NCBI GenBank assembly: GCA_010909165.1
Contig: VJWM01000119.1
Location: 558,001 to 622,000, forward strand
DNA: 64,000 nt
Direction: 5' to 3'
DNA from: Anthoceros angustus
Taxonomy: Eukaryota; Plantae; Anthocerotophyta
The translations under genes and the position numbers were made by a program. Shown here piece after piece: positions 49,888-63,252 of this stretch. Numbering within the stretch: position 1 is the stretch's first letter; every line of letters begins with the position of its first letter. The notes under the pieces were generated by a model, which was not told the origin of the DNA, made no database searches, and worked only from the letters and a program-made list of their open reading frames with translations.

Positions 49888-50680
49888 ATAGGGCCGACAT
49901 AGTTTGGATTTGAATCCAAGCTATGTTAGGCTTGTCCCGATGAACATGAAATCTTTCCTTTTCAAGTACCTTAAAAGTCCTATAACTACCTAATCCAAAT
50001 GAGCTGCAATAAAGTCTTTTCTTAAATCCGTCCTTAGTGGACTTAAATAAAGTAATTTTTCTTCTTCTTGTTCTTATTCAAATGAGCTCCCTCTCGGCCT
50101 TGGACTGGTTGAAATGTTACACTTTCAAATATCTGTAAAATTTTGAAATTTATTAAAATAAAAAATTACTTATTGAGCAATCGACCAAATTATGTAAATG
50201 GCGTGGCAACAACCTCTCCCCCCACCACGCCGCCCAGTGAGTGGCACATAGCTGGTAACCCCTCTCCATCAAACTCGACCAAGTGGTGTTCGCCATGCCC
50301 CTCCGCCCCCACCCCCAAAGCCCCACCCGATCGGATTGAGCGGGGCCGTGCAATGTGCGAACATGACTGCGTTTCATGACATTGTCAATATTCAAATTTT
50401 TTCAGATGAGAGAAAGGGGCACATGATCAGGTCGCAGTGAGGCTTTCAGACTATCTAGGTCCACAGTGTAGGGTAAGAGAGGAACATGGACAGAGTGCGA
50501 TAACGTTATTGCGCACTCGGTCATCAAACCCTAGCAGCGGGTCAGCACTCAGCTCTAAGGAATGCGCAAGAGCTAAATGGCGCATGGCTTCATCCTAGCA
50601 CATGGAAATGAGAAGCCTGGCCAAATACATGATGAGTGTTCACATATGTTGTACAGCAACAGACCTTCAGAACCTGTGTT

Positions 50681-53104
50681 TCAAAGACGACTTGTGAAGA
50701 AGCCGTACTTGACAGGGCCGGGGTTTGATGAGTTGGATCCCCTGGCGTAGGTCAGGTAGGACCAGCCGGAAGGGGAGTAGACGAAGAAAGCAAGCGCTAC
50801 AAGAAACCCTATCACAAATCCGGATCCCACTGCCTCGAGGGACACATATTGCACAAGGCCTGCTTCTGGTTGGTCTGCTGAAGGTGTTGGATCTTTGTTG
50901 CGGGACGGCGGCGGTGCGCATTTGTGTGGAAGGTTGACTCCGCATTGGAAACGTAGATTGGGGTTACCCTCGAAGTCGGTATCAGGAAAACTATCAAACT
51001 GGCCGCCTGTGGGAATGTAGCCTGACAGATTGTTGTGAGCCACTATCATTTCCGAAAGCTGGTGAAGACTATTAAACTGGGCAGGAATCCCACCGGTAAG
51101 GTTGTTGTAGGAAAGGTCCAGTGATTCCAAGGACGATATCTCTGCTAGGGTGGCAGGTATGTCACCTTGGATTTGGTTGCGGGAGAGATTCAAGTACCTC
51201 ATACCTATCAATGACCCGAGCTCCCCTGGGATTTTGCCTGTGATGGAGTTGCTTGACAGATCCATCATAGTTTGGGCTTTCAAAATCTGCGTCAACACCT
51301 CCTCGTTGCCTTTTAACTGGACACTCACTTCTACTTGATACAGAGTTGTATTCTGGTAGTAGTACTCCGACGAGGATTCGTCCTGCTGGAAAGCTAGCAG
51401 CCCCGACACATTCTCGGGGATGGAGCCAGTAAAGGAGTTACCTGAAAGATCTAGTACTTGGAGCTGAGATGAATTGGTGATCTCATTGGGTATGGGCCCC
51501 TGGAACTGGTTATGAGCAAGGCTCAACACACGCAGGATGGGCAATTCCAGTAGGAAAAGGGGAAACCTGCCTCCCAGCTTGTTGTTCCGCAGGTTCACAA
51601 ATTGGAGGTTGGAGCTGTTGGCTACAAGGTTAGAAATATCACCCTCCAGCTCGTTGTCATTCAAGGACAGAAACTGAAGAGAGCCTAGGTTACAAAGACC
51701 ACCTGGTACTATAGCAGGAAGAGTTCCTTTGATTTGATTGAAGGAGAGGTCAAGATTCCCAAGTCGCGGAAGGCATACCTCTGCGGGAAGGGAACTCAGC
51801 CTGTTTCGGGAGAGATTGATGCCACTGAAAAAAGAACCCCACGACAGCATAGCTGGTGGAACGAGACCTTCAAGCAGGTTGTTGGAGGCGTCCAAATACG
51901 TGTTTGATACGATGTTTGCCATTCCTGACAGATTCGAAGGTATTGGCCCACTCAATTTGTTGTCGGATACCAACAGAAATCTGCAGAAGATCATATTCCC
52001 GAATTCGGGCAAGATCGGTCCCTCGAAACTGTTCCCGTCCAAAAATAAAGAACGAAGCGAACCCATGGAGGCCAAGGCAACAGGGATTCTTCCAGCCATC
52101 CTGTTTCGGGAAAGGCTCAAGCCGCGCAGCAGGGTAAAGTTGCTGAATGAAGGTGAGGGCATGGAAAAGCCTTCGAGACGATTGTCTGCGAGATGTAAGA
52201 ACATGAGCGTCGGGTTGAGGTTACCCAAAGCCGAGGGGATCAAGCCACTGAGGTTATTCCTCTGGAGGTCGAGTGTGATCAAGGATGTGTTGGCCAGACT
52301 CGCAGGAATACGGCCTGTCAAAAAATTGTCAGAGAGGAACAGGTATCGGAGAGAGAAGAGGTGGCCCAGAGATTGAGGAATGTCTCCACTGAGATTGTTC
52401 CCGCTCAAATCCATCACGGTCAGATTAGTAAGATTTCCGAAGGAACCAGGAATTTTTCCACTCAGCTGGTTGCCCGACATGGACAGTTCCTGGAGAGAGG
52501 AGAGGCGACCTAGAGCCGGAGGAATAGGACCACTCAGATTGTTTTGGTGCAGGGACAACGAAGTCAGATTAGCAAGGTTTCCAAGGGAGTCAGGAATGCT
52601 TCCACTGAGCTGGTTGTCCGACACCGACAACTCCTCAAGAAACCTGTACATCCGAGGCACATTCATACGAGTTAAACATGCAAGCAAGCACACACAGCAT
52701 GAGAGCAAACGGTTCTGCAAGACATCCAAAGCCCGACTTCACCTGAATCGTTCGATCAGGTCGGAAGTAATGCTTCCCGTCAGGTTGCACTCGGACACAT
52801 CAAGAGACCTGAGTTCCCGCAGTTCACCTAGGGCAGCAAGGACTGCTATAGAGTTCTCCGGAGCTCCCGTGGCATTGCTGCTGCTCCATAGATGGATCTG
52901 AAGGGATTCCACGTTGTTCCTCTCATTACAGCTCACTCCGTACCACTGGCAGAAATTGGTGGCTTGAGAGCCATTCGAGACGCCCCAGCCACGCAGCACT
53001 CCCGAGGGATCGTGCAAGGCGGCCCGAAACTCCAACAGGACGGAAGCATCGTCGGCGAGAACTTGTCGGAGGCACAGCCACAACAGCAGCCAACGGAATA
53101 ACAT
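50681..53104 (-). CDS. LRR receptor-like protein (RLP), 2 exons (intron 52644-52742)
   Basis: Signal peptide, LRRNT FCQWYGVSC, many LxxLxLxxNxLSGxIP repeats, island domain, MDLSSNSITGKIP C3 block, GGQFDSF..F.GNP.L, TM helix, short tail; no kinase. Confidence 0.93.
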
Positions 53105-53424
53105 GATGCTAGCCGATTCAAATTTCCCTGCCTGGCCGTGCTAAGAAATAGGCTAGAAGAAGAAGGCGAGAATCTCCAGACATCTCCGGGAGTTGGCGCC
53201 ACCTGACCAGGACCTTGACCAGGCTTGACCGCTGGCTGGAGTGTGTCGGACGACACTTGGCACATCTGCCGAGAACGGACGCTCGGCTAGGTAGGACTTG
53301 GATGGACAAAACAAGAAAGCACACGCATTCGCACGAGCGTCTTGCACAGCTCTGGTGTCGGGAACAGGAAAACGCGGCAGCCACACGTCCTTTCTCCATC
53401 TGAAAGCACGCAGGTTGAGGTTTC

Positions 53425-55120
53425 CCATGCTTGTAGGTGATCCAGAGAGGGGAACCATGCTACCAGCTCCCCCTGCTGTTCCAAGGCCACATTTGCCGGG
53501 AAGGATCCCAAGGAGAGAGTAACTTCCGGAACAGGAGGAAAGCTGATCTCAGCGCTTCTGGACCTGTGGACCTTGTAGACTGTTCCTGGACCTCCTGACG
53601 ATGGCTTTACAACGAGCCCGGCCTGGATGGTCCATGCCCATGTCCTCATCCGCAGCCTGGGAGTCGCGAACTGCGTCTGCCCGATCTCTCGTCCTCCCTT
53701 TCCACCCCATGCTTCATGCTTCATGAACAGATAGGGCAGTAATGCTTCTGCCTCATGCTTCTCTGCAAAGAAGTTGAAAGACTCAGGTACAAAGAGGTTG
53801 AATGACTCAGGTAATCCATGGATGGGTTCATCTTGCCTCCAAAGGGACCACATTGTTTTTTGACTGACCTGCTGGATCCGGAACACCCAGCTCCACATCC
53901 AGCTGGAGGAGGGCTGGTAGAAGCTCACTCCGGCTTAGATTCCCATTTCATGTATCATACCTTCGCTGCCTTCAGTCGAGGAGACGACTATCCTTCTCCT
54001 GATTGTCCCTCCCTGTGTCATGCACAAAGCGATCCCTTTGTGCACATTTTTTGCTACCCATCGAGAGAGCCCGTTCGGACTGACTGAAGACAAGGCGTTT
54101 GCAACAGCGTTTTGAGCGCCCACAAAAGGAGCAGATCTGCCTTGCTGGGAAGAATCCCATGGCGGAGGAGGAGGAGGACTGGAGTGCCCTCTTGCCTCAG
54201 ATGCAACCCATCTACAACTGTGGACCTGACAGGGCCAGCGGCGGACCAAAACGTTTCCATGCAGATGGCATGGATTGCTTTGAAGAATCTGTTGCAACCA
54301 CTGTTGAAGGAGCAAATGGTCGATAAATTTCAACTGCATAAAGTGCGGTGCTGGAAAAGACCTCAGGAGTCGCATGGGTTCGCGAACGGTGTATGCGGAG
54401 GGGCGTCGACAGACATTTTTGTCAGCCACTCTAACACGACTCTTGGAGCCATCTATCTGATGTGATTACTCTAAGATAGTGGAAGGTAGATGGACATTAG
54501 AAGTGGAAGGTAGAGCTCCTCCTCTATTTTGTAACATGATTCTTTACTCAAGATACATTCCTTTTGATTTGTTGAGACCTCTAACTATTGCACTTGTTCC
54601 AGACCTCAGTGATGTCTAGAGGTTTTCCCATGCGGGTTACCTTGCTTGATAGGTGATCCAGAGAGGGGTACCAGGCTACCAGCTCCCCCTGGGTCCAAGG
54701 CCACATTCGCCAGGAAGGGATCCCAAGGAAAGAGTAACTTCCGAAACAGGAGGACAGTTGAGCTCAGCGATTCTGGACCTGTGGACCTTGTAGACTGCAC
54801 CTGGAACTGCTGACGATGGCTCTGGGAGGAGCCCGCCTGGATGGTCCATGCCCATGTCCTGATCTGTGGCCTGGGAGTTGTGAACTGCGTCTGCCCAACC
54901 TCGTCCTCCCCTTCCACCCCATGCTTCTTGAACAGATTGGCCAAAAAAGTTTCTGCTCGAGGCTTCTCTGCAAAGAGGTTTGATCACTCAGGTAATCAAT
55001 GATTGGGTTTGTCTTGCCTCCAAGGGGACCACATTGTTGGTTTGACTCACCTGCTGGAGTCGGCACACCCAGCTCCAAACCCAGCTGGAAAAGGGTTGGT
55101 TGAAGCTCACTCCGGCTTAG
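53425..55120. repeat. Pair of diverged ~500-bp direct repeats (53425-53940 and 54645-55120), probably TE remnants
   Basis: Shared TAGGTGATCCAGAGAGGGG, CTGGACCTGTGGACCTTGTAGACTG, GCCTGGATGGTCCATGCCCATGTCCT and GAAGCTCACTCCGGCTTAG. Confidence 0.75.
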
Positions 55121-55175
55121 TCGCATTTCATGTGCTCCCTACAGGTAAACTTGAAGCTGGAGATGAGCAGATCTG

Positions 55176-56455
55176 TTATGGCTGTCTTATTGCCTGCCCC
55201 TGCTGCTCGAAGAATTCTAAAGCTTGAAAAGCAACTCTTTGTTCAACGACACACTCTAGGACAATGTCTGCTCCTGTCACTACCCCGCCTGCAGAGAGAG
55301 ACGGTGTCAGGTGCAAACTTATGTCCTTCAAATCTCCCTTTCCAAACATGCGTTTGAGATGGTCCGTATCTACGCTGAGCTGAAAAGATAAAATCCCAAC
55401 AGCAACTTCAAACCTTTTCTTTCCGGTAGAAGGCCTGCATCAACGGCTGAGACAGGCAGGACTGCGATGTCTTGGACTTCTGACACTGCAGGAGCCTCGT
55501 GGGCCATTGGATTGTTGGGCTGGGAGCCAACATGGTTGACAGGGCTTGCCTTCGGTGCTCTCTCAGGTATTGGCATGTTCACCCAGTCCGAAAACGAAGT
55601 ATTTTTTAGCATTTCTTGAGGTAGCGTGAAAGCTGCTGCTCTCTTCATCTGCACGAGAACATCACAACAAGTGATCAACGGATGAGCGTTCCACTTCCCA
55701 TGCTAGAGCCTGCAGTAAGCACCATCTGGAGAAACTCGTAACCTCTTCAGTCACAACCACGCCTGCTAGGTGGGGTTCCTGTATTGTTGCGGTTGTGAGG
55801 GATGCAGCTTCAGTCCCTAGCGAACCTAGAAAGCACGAATACATAAGCAAGATGATTGCGTACAAGACGGTACTGTAAGATGTTATGAAGCTACAAACCA
55901 ACCTGTGTTTTGCTGGACAGGCTTCAAGTGCACCCCAGCGGCTGAAGATTTGAGTATCTCCCGAGTCAATGGGGCAGGATTCATGATCGACATGCCAGAA
56001 TGGATCTCATGACGAATGGCCTCAAGCTGGGCTAGTGTCTCTCTCAGCTCATTGTGCACCTGTAACCGAGCGGATCAAACACAACATCACTTCAGCATCA
56101 CAAAAACCGCAGAAACTACACATCATAAAACGCACAGTGCCCACCTGATTCGCTTGATTGCGCTGTAGAATATCACCAAACTGGGTACGGCTCTTCTGTA
56201 TGTAAGCCACAGCCTTTCCAGTTAGCCTCCCTGCTGCCCTTGCCACCAGTGCCACATCCTTCGGACCTGGACGGGTTTCGGGGACCCGGCAGCATCATGG
56301 ACCACACAACAACATGAGACGATAAAAGCCTCATACCCCAATTCGGGGATGATCTGCAACGGCATCGCCACAAAAGAAAAGAGACCAGGCTTACCCAGAA
56401 CGGCAATCGCTACCCCGACCAGGAGCAAGTCACTGAAGGAGAGACCGAACACCAT
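55176..56455 (-). CDS. TatB: Mitochondrial TatB-like twin-arginine translocase subunit, multi-exon
   Basis: MVFGLSFSDLLLVGVAIAVL|GPKDVALVARAAGRLTGKAVAYIQ..|VHNELRETLAQLEAIRHEI...PLTR; VLPVSAVDAGLLP; GADIVLECVVEQRVAFQA*. Confidence 0.8.
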
Positions 56456-56751
56456 GGCTCTTGCCACTGGAGGAGGGTTCTGGGTCTCGGGTCTTCGGTG
56501 CTGAGCAGCGAGTATCTAACTGAGGTCAGCTGATCCATGGTCTAGGAAACCAGCGTTTTCACGACTGGGTTTTCGCGTTCGTTGCGCCAGCCAACGAAGA
56601 AGCTTTCAAATTCTGAAAGGGTGAACATTCTGGGGGGAGAGGGCGCTTGCGATGCGTGAGGCAGATATAAGGCTACTGCTCTGTGCTTCTCGTTTGGTGG
56701 TGGAAAGTGAGGTGGGAGCTGTACTGTGTCCAAGTTTTAGTTCTCTTGGAG
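56456..56751. promoter_or_regulatory. Candidate bidirectional promoter between TatB-like and PSF3
   Basis: Divergent ATGs 296 bp apart; TATA-like ATATAA at ~56665. Confidence 0.45.
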
Positions 56752-57859
56752 ATGGCAGATTACTTCGATCTCACAGACATTCTTGTGGAGGATGAGGTGC
56801 GTTTCTTTTGCAGAGGCTTCTGCTGACTGATTCCTCGTGTCATTTCAAAGACAGGGAGCGCACTGTCTCCTGTTTTGCTATGAGAGAGCGTGACTTCTCA
56901 AGGCTGAAGTGGGAGCATCATTTGCTGACATCTCAAATTCCTGTTCTGGCTTCTAGATTCTGCCCGTTCAATTCTTGATTGCAGCAAACGGTGTTGGCTC
57001 ATTGGATCCCAGCTCAGAAGACGACAATGTGACTTTCCTCTCCTCTTTCTTTGCAGCTTGGAATACGTGTGGCCTGGTTCGTAGAGTCATTCAGGCTCTT
57101 TGAGTCATAACGTGCAATTCCAGTGTTCTGAACCTTGCATGTCGTATTGCTATGCAGGTTGCCGTTGGTTCCAAGGTTGATCTGCCTTTCTGGCTAGCTC
57201 GAGATCTCGCTACCAGGGATGCAGTTAGCATCAGCTTGCCGAGTTGTTTCAACCAAAGGTGACGCCCCTTCCCAACTTCACTTATGTGTTAGCCATTGTA
57301 ATGCGTATGGTATACCAAAGACTGACATGTCTGTCTCAGGGTGCGGAAGGAAGTGCAAGCTGATCCCGGTTGTGTCAATCTCAATAGCCGCTGCGTATAT
57401 TTCTACGAGCTGGGAACCAAGCTGATTCCTTTGTAAGTCGGGAAGCATCTGCTTCCCCTCGCCCCTACTCTAGGTTTCATTCCTTATGTTCCTTCTCTTA
57501 AGAAGGTCATGGTATTCGTGCAGCATTTCGGATTCAACACTGGGGTCCTTCTTGTTTTACACGTTCCGGGGTCGCTACAAGGACATTCTCTGCAAAGCAC
57601 ACAGGACAAAACTTCCAGTCGAGACATTGGCCAATTTGGAAGCTCAAAGTACGTACTACTGCCTGAAGCATTCATCTGCCAAGCAGTACCCAATGTGTTT
57701 TGCCTTCTAGTCTTACTATTATACCCTGGTCCTTTTGCAGTGGTTCAGATGGCACACCAATCGATTCAAGCTTTCAAGACGTGGTACATCGAAGGCACGA
57801 GATTGAAATGTGCCGATGTCTTGAGTCGAAAACGCAAATACAACATCGACTCGTTATAG
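56752..57859 (+). CDS. PSF3: GINS complex subunit 3, multi-exon
   Basis: MADYFDLTDILVEDE|..GVGSLDPSSEDDN|VAVGSKVDLPFWLA..|VRKEVQADPGCVNLNSRCVYFYELG..|FRGRYKDIL..|AFKTW...SRKRK. Confidence 0.88.
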
Positions 57860-58703
57860 CACGATGTGGCAAGGGTGAAAGCAATCGCTAACAGGCTTAG
57901 GGTTGTACACGGTCACCATTGATCGAGTTTGGTGAATAGACATTCAGCTAGAACTGCAAACTCATCTTCATCTTCATCTTCCAGCAGGTCTCTGATAGCA
58001 GATCCGTCTAACGCCAGAAATCGACTCCCTGTCACAATGGTTTCAACAGGCGTAATCCATAATCAACAGTGGAGGCTTCAGATTATCTACAATGATATGC
58101 CAATCCAGTCAACTCCTCAACATTGTTCGCCACATCAAAGGCACAGGGGGCAGCCCACCCACTCCTCAGCGTGATCAAGCTATGTGATCATGCAGGAACA
58201 GGCACAGATGAAGGAAAAAATTGTTTTCCCTGCCCTTGAGAATTTTCGACACGATATAGTCTGTCTTGATCGGTCAACTGGAGATGTTGCTTAGCCACGG
58301 ATGAACCAGCCTTGAATCCGATCTTTAGCCACAGGAAGTATTTCAGAGCTAGAAGCCCATTTCTCTGGGCGATCAGGAAATAATCAGTGTAGGTAGCCTG
58401 TTAGCTGAATGTGATAGAGGCCGAAAACATTCCACCTAATCGAAGGCCACAAGCCAGGCATTTTAGGGTTAACCATCCCCTTCATGGGGCAGTAGAATAT
58501 TCCTAATACGGGAGACGAGTTGCGGGAAGTAGGTGTAGCTTGCAGTGTTGAGGGCCCGGGACGGCGTCAGAAGCTACTCCCGTCGAGGAAGCCCGCCTCC
58601 TTGGTTTCTCGAGCAGGCAAGCAGGCAGAGAGGCGAGGGCAAGGGCGAGGGCAAGGGCAAGGGCAAATCGGTTGTGTGCAATCGGTGGAGCATTCCGGAA
58701 GCA

Positions 58704-59524
58704 ATGGCGGCTCCAGAGCAGCGGCCGGAGCACATGAGGGAGCCATGTCCGGACAGGATTCTGGATGATATAGGCAGCGCTTTCTCCATGGGAGCAGTGG
58801 GAGGCTCGGCTTGGCATTTCATCAAAGGCATGAAGAATTCACCCCGCGGGGAGCGGCTGATTGGTAAGCTTGGAAGATCGGTTTTTGGTGACCCTAGCAA
58901 GCTTTGTATGATTTTGCTCGTTGTCCTGATGGAATTGCTTGCTTGCGTGTGTTGGCAGGGGGGACGCAGGCGGTGCGGATAAACGCCCCCAGGATCGGGG
59001 GTAGTTTTGCGGTTTGGGGAGGGCTCTTCTCCACCTTCGATTGCTCCTTTGTGTACTTGAGGCAAAAGGAGGACCCCTGGAACTCGATTGCAGCAGGTGC
59101 AGCCACAGGAGGTTTCCTGCAATTGAGGCAGGGGATGAAGTCGGCGGCGCGATCTGCCGTTTTCGGAGGCGTGTTGCTGGCTTTGATAGAGGGGAGTGTG
59201 ATAATGCTCAACAGATGGATGGCGAGCATGCCGCCCCCTCCTCCCATGGAGGATCCATTGCCTCAATTGTCAGGCCTCCCTTCCGGCTCCATTCCAGCGG
59301 GCTACGGCGGCTACGCAGGTTTTGCAGGAGGCCAAGCTGCGGGTTCTTCTCAGTATACTGCCACGGACTTCGCTTCCGAGCCTCCGAAAGCAGAAGCGTC
59401 AGGGTCATGGCTCGGGAATTTGTTTGGAAGCAAGAAGGAGGATCAGCCAGCAGTGGCAGTTGAGAAGTTCGACAGCTTCGAGGCCCACCCCGCTCCACCG
59501 ACCCCTGGCTTCGATTTGAAGTGA
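58704..59524 (+). CDS. TIM17: Mitochondrial inner membrane translocase TIM17, 2 exons
   Basis: [23 protein letters not shown]...|[42 protein letters not shown]; plant-type C-terminal extension; intron ~58864-58958. Confidence 0.95.
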
Positions 59525-60424
59525 CCAGCTCCCATGTGGAAGCTAGCCTGTTCATTTCTGCAAAGCTACCGTCTGTGCGGGGCAGGACGTGCTGCGATGC
59601 AATTTTTGTTCGACATCTTTAGAATTATGAGAGCCGCTCAACCTCCTGCTCCTCCAGAATCCAGACTGATGAGAGGCAGGACGAGCGTTACCCTGATTCC
59701 TGAATTCGCTGATTCTTCTTTCCTCGATCAATACTTAGGGTTTCTGGCAGGGGTACTTACTTCGGCGTACATACCCAGAGAGAGTAGGTGTTTGTAGGGT
59801 TTGATGCAGGCAGCTCCCGGACGGGGGTACTACTTACAATCTCGTCGGCAATTTGTCATGTCATGGGACTGTTCGGCGGCCGAGTGCAGGGGGCCCAGCA
59901 CTGGTGGACTTCCTTCCATTCCAGGGTCTGGGAGACAGGAGTCCTACAGCAGTCACTGTTGCCCTCGAGAAGTGTTGGCTGCTGTGTTTAGAATGTGTAA
60001 CAGTAGGAGGCCATCCTAATTTGGGGACAGGAGCTTTGTCCTCTGTTTTTGGAACATGCCCAGATCTTGCTATAGCAAGACGTGGTGGAACAGGCCCAAG
60101 GCGTCCTTCATCCCAGTTGGGAGGCGGAAGCTTCATGGATTCCTTACTACTTACTGTGTGAGACGCTGGACGCATCGATTCCTCAATAGTTCTGTTACCC
60201 GCCTGTTTCCTGTCTCCTGTTTCCAGACTCCAGTCGGTTAGCAAGTCACTATATAAAATAGCAAGAGTGCAATGCAGCACTGCAGTGCGCGACACGCCTT
60301 GGTGGGCGCCAGCCTCTGACATGTGTCGGCGGGCGCGGCGGTGACCGGTTACCAGCTCATCACCGTATCGCCGGAATCGCCAGGCAGTATAGTCAATAAT
60401 TCTACTGGGATGAAGTTGCCAGGT

Positions 60425-61090
60425 CGGCGCGCAGCGGCAGCGGCAGCGGCAGCAGCAGGAGCTTGTGCAAGTGTGGAGAGAGGCGGGAGATCTGACACAC
60501 CCAGTTGAGGCAAACGCGGGCGGGCAGCCGGGTCCGGGCAGCGGCAGCGGCAGCGCCGGGCAGGGCTGGGCAGCTTGGCGCCGGGCAGCGAAACCTGCCC
60601 GCGCCTTCGTGACTCCCACTAGTGCCAGCTGTCCGCACGATGCCGCCAGCGGAGCGCGTTACAAGTAGGCTGGCGCGGAGCAGTGAGGCGGGGGCGAAGG
60701 AGCCGGGAAGGTCCTAGCCAGGCGCGCCGTGTGCTGCCCGCGGGCAGGGGAAGGATCCGGGCAGCGCGGCTCGGGCAGGCGCGGGTCAAAGTTAGAGTCG
60801 ATAATGCAGGTAAATTTGGAGCAGGAGGTGGCGTCCCGCTCTGCCCCGGCTGGTTGCCTTCCGCTCCTGGTGGCGAGGGGTGCAGTTGCGAGGCTAGCGT
60901 GCGCGGATCCAGGTCTTCTCGGAGCGCATCTCCTCTCCCCTGCGAGCTCGGGCGCGGGTTCCAGCCCCAGGCCTCCGCGGACTCCCCGCCGCCCCCGCCC
61001 TTGCTGACCCGGAGCGCGGCTTAGCAGGAGGCGCGGTCATGAAGAGAGCGTCAGGTGTCTCGAGCAGCAGCAGCAGCAGCAGCAGCAGGA
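60425..61090. repeat. GC-rich upstream region of GAE with (GCGGCA)n and (CAG)8 microsatellites
   Basis: GCAGCGGCAGCGGCAGCGGCAGCAGCAGG at ~60431, a similar tract at ~60538, and a CAG run at ~61065-61088. Confidence 0.7.
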
Positions 61091-61863
61091 GACTGGAGGA
61101 GACGTCGCGGCCGTCGCATTGGCGCAGCGGAGTGTGAGCGGCCCGGGGTTCCTTCCGGCTGGCTTCCGAGTGAGTCCCGTTTCTGCATTTGCCGTGTGCT
61201 GTTCCGGGTTCTGTGCGTGCGTGCTGTGTGACGCGGTTTCGTGTGCGGCGAGGGATTCCGGTTCCCGCTGCTAGATCTCGGGGCTGGGAATCCCGGGGTA
61301 TGCAGGGATTGCCGCCCGGGGGCATGGTTTCCCTCTTGCCATTCTCGGGGCCCCGTTCCCCTCGCCTCAGTAGGGTTCCGTGGTGGGTATCGGGGGTTTG
61401 GTTTTGGGTCGGTTTTGGTCTGGCGTGGGTGCGTGATTTGTGGTGGTGGGCGGGGACGGGGTAGAGGAGGGTAGGGTGCGGGCGGGGAGGGAATCTGGCC
61501 GTGGCGGGAGGTTCAGGGGCTGCATGTGGGGTGGTGTTCTGTGGCGACGGGGGGAGGGGAATCCAACCGTTTGGTGCGCGCATCTAGCTGGTCTGGGTTT
61601 CGAAGTGGAGTAAGGGTGTGGTTTTGTCCTTTTTGGTTTGGTTTGAATGAACTGTAGGCATTGGTTTGGGTAGGTGATGTTTGTGTTCGTCGTGTGTTTG
61701 TGCTGAAGTGGTGGACCGTTGCCATGGTGCGGCTGTGTGTGTGCAGTGCTGGGAAACACCGGAGAATCTGGAAGAAAGATTTCAGATCCATCGGTGGTAC
61801 TTAAAAAACGGAAAGGAAAGGGCCCAAAGCAAGGCTTTGGGTAAGAGGGGCGCAGGGCTGTCA

Positions 61864-63252
61864 ATGTCACAGGGTGGATCGGCAGAAACGATTCTGCAGA
61901 ACCCTCTTCTCAAAATGCCGCCCTCGCTGCAGGACAACTTCCCGTCCACGCCGGGGAAGGTGAAGGTAGAGAGGAGTAATTATTTCGGGAGGGTGGCAAG
62001 GGGGTGGCATTCCTCCACGTCTACCAAGCTGTTGATTGCTTTTGGGGTATTCGGCTTGGTGACTTTGGCGTTTCTGCTCTTCTACAAGTCTCCTGCTGGG
62101 GCTCCCAGCTATGGTTCCTATCTAGGCACGAGTTCTGCCACATGGGGGGGCCGGGCGTGGGAGAAGAAGGTGCTGCACTCCGTCCGCCCTAAGAAGGACA
62201 AGGAGGATGCCATGACCGTGCTGGTGACAGGTGCAGCAGGGTTTGTGGGGACGCATGTCTCGCTTGCGTTGAGGAAGAGAGGGGACGGTGTGGTGGGTCT
62301 GGACAACTTCAACAACTACTACGATCCCTCGCTGAAGAGAGCGAGGCAGGAGCATCTGAGCAATTCTGGGGTGTTTGTGATCGAAGGAGATATTAATGAT
62401 GCAGAGCTCCTGAAGAAGTTGTTTGACATGGTTCCGTTCACGCATGTGATGCATCTGGCAGCTCAGGCAGGTGTGAGGTATGCCATGGAGAACCCCAAGT
62501 CGTACGTGCACAGCAACATTGCGGGGCTGGTCACCTTGTTTGAAGCCTGCAAGTCGGCAAACCCCCAGCCAGCTATCGTGTGGGCGTCGTCCAGTTCCGT
62601 TTATGGTCTCAACCCCAAGGTCCCCTTCTCGGAGGCTGATCGCACGGACCAGCCAGCCAGTTTGTATGCTGCTACCAAGAAAGCTGGGGAGGAGATAGCG
62701 CATACATACAACCACATCTACGGTCTCTCAATAACTGGACTGCGCTTCTTCACGGTGTATGGGCCTTGGGGTCGTCCTGATATGGCATACTTCTTTTTCA
62801 CGAAGGATATTCTGCGTGGCACTCCCGTCTCGATCTACGAAGGGCAAGGGAAGAAGGACCTGGCACGGGACTTCACTTACATTGATGACATTGTCAAGGG
62901 GTGTATTGCGTCTTTGCAGACTGCGGAGAAAAGTACAGGATCCGGAGGTAAGAAGAAAGGAGCTGCTCAGTTCCGTACATTCAACTTGGGCAACACCTCG
63001 CCTGTGACTGTGAAGGACCTGGTCAGCATTCTTGAGAAGCATCTGAAGTTGGAGGCAAAGAAGCAGTTTATCAAGATGCCCAGAAATGGTGATGTTCCAT
63101 TTACGCATGCAAACATCACCCTGGCCAGAGATCAACTCCACTACAGGCCGACCACAGACCTAAAGACCGGCCTGAAGAAGTTTGTGAACTGGTACAAAGA
63201 CTACTACGGGGAGAACGAACGTGGACCACGTGGTAGCAGGAAAACAATATGA
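61864..63252 (+). CDS. GAE: UDP-D-glucuronate 4-epimerase, intronless CDS (start at 61864 or 61915)
   Basis: FPSTPGKVK, N-terminal TM anchor, VLVTGAAGFVG, HLAAQAGVRYAM, WASSSSVYG, YAATKK, FNLGNTSPV. Confidence 0.96.
   Translation: MSQGGSAETILQNPLLKMPPSLQDNFPSTPGKVKVERSNYFGRVARGWHSSTSTKLLIAFGVFGLVTLAFLLFYKSPAGAPSYGSYLGTSSATWGGRAWEKKVLHSVRPKKDKEDAMTVLVTGAAGFVGTHVSLALRKRGDGVVGLDNFNNYYDPSLKRARQEHLSNSGVFVIEGDINDAELLKKLFDMVPFTHVMHLAAQAGVRYAMENPKSYVHSNIAGLVTLFEACKSANPQPAIVWASSSSVYGLNPKVPFSEADRTDQPASLYAATKKAGEEIAHTYNHIYGLSITGLRFFTVYGPWGRPDMAYFFFTKDILRGTPVSIYEGQGKKDLARDFTYIDDIVKGCIASLQTAEKSTGSGGKKKGAAQFRTFNLGNTSPVTVKDLVSILEKHLKLEAKKQFIKMPRNGDVPFTHANITLARDQLHYRPTTDLKTGLKKFVNWYKDYYGENERGPRGSRKTI

Noticed and set aside
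51738-52901. Plus-strand ORFs of 212 and 173 aa
   Set aside because: Typical antisense open frames of LRR-coding DNA.
58460-58472. TTTTAGGGTTAA as an interstitial telomere
   Set aside because: Single unit; a telo-box-like promoter motif or chance match.
61681-61863. N-terminal 61 aa of the 523-aa GAE ORF
   Set aside because: Begins at a non-ATG codon in GT-rich sequence; family similarity starts near MPPSLQDNFPSTPGK.
59861-61870. Several 100-250 aa ORFs in the GC-rich region upstream of GAE
   Set aside because: Low-complexity, no recognisable motifs, expected by chance at high GC; more likely promoter, 5' UTR or leader intron.
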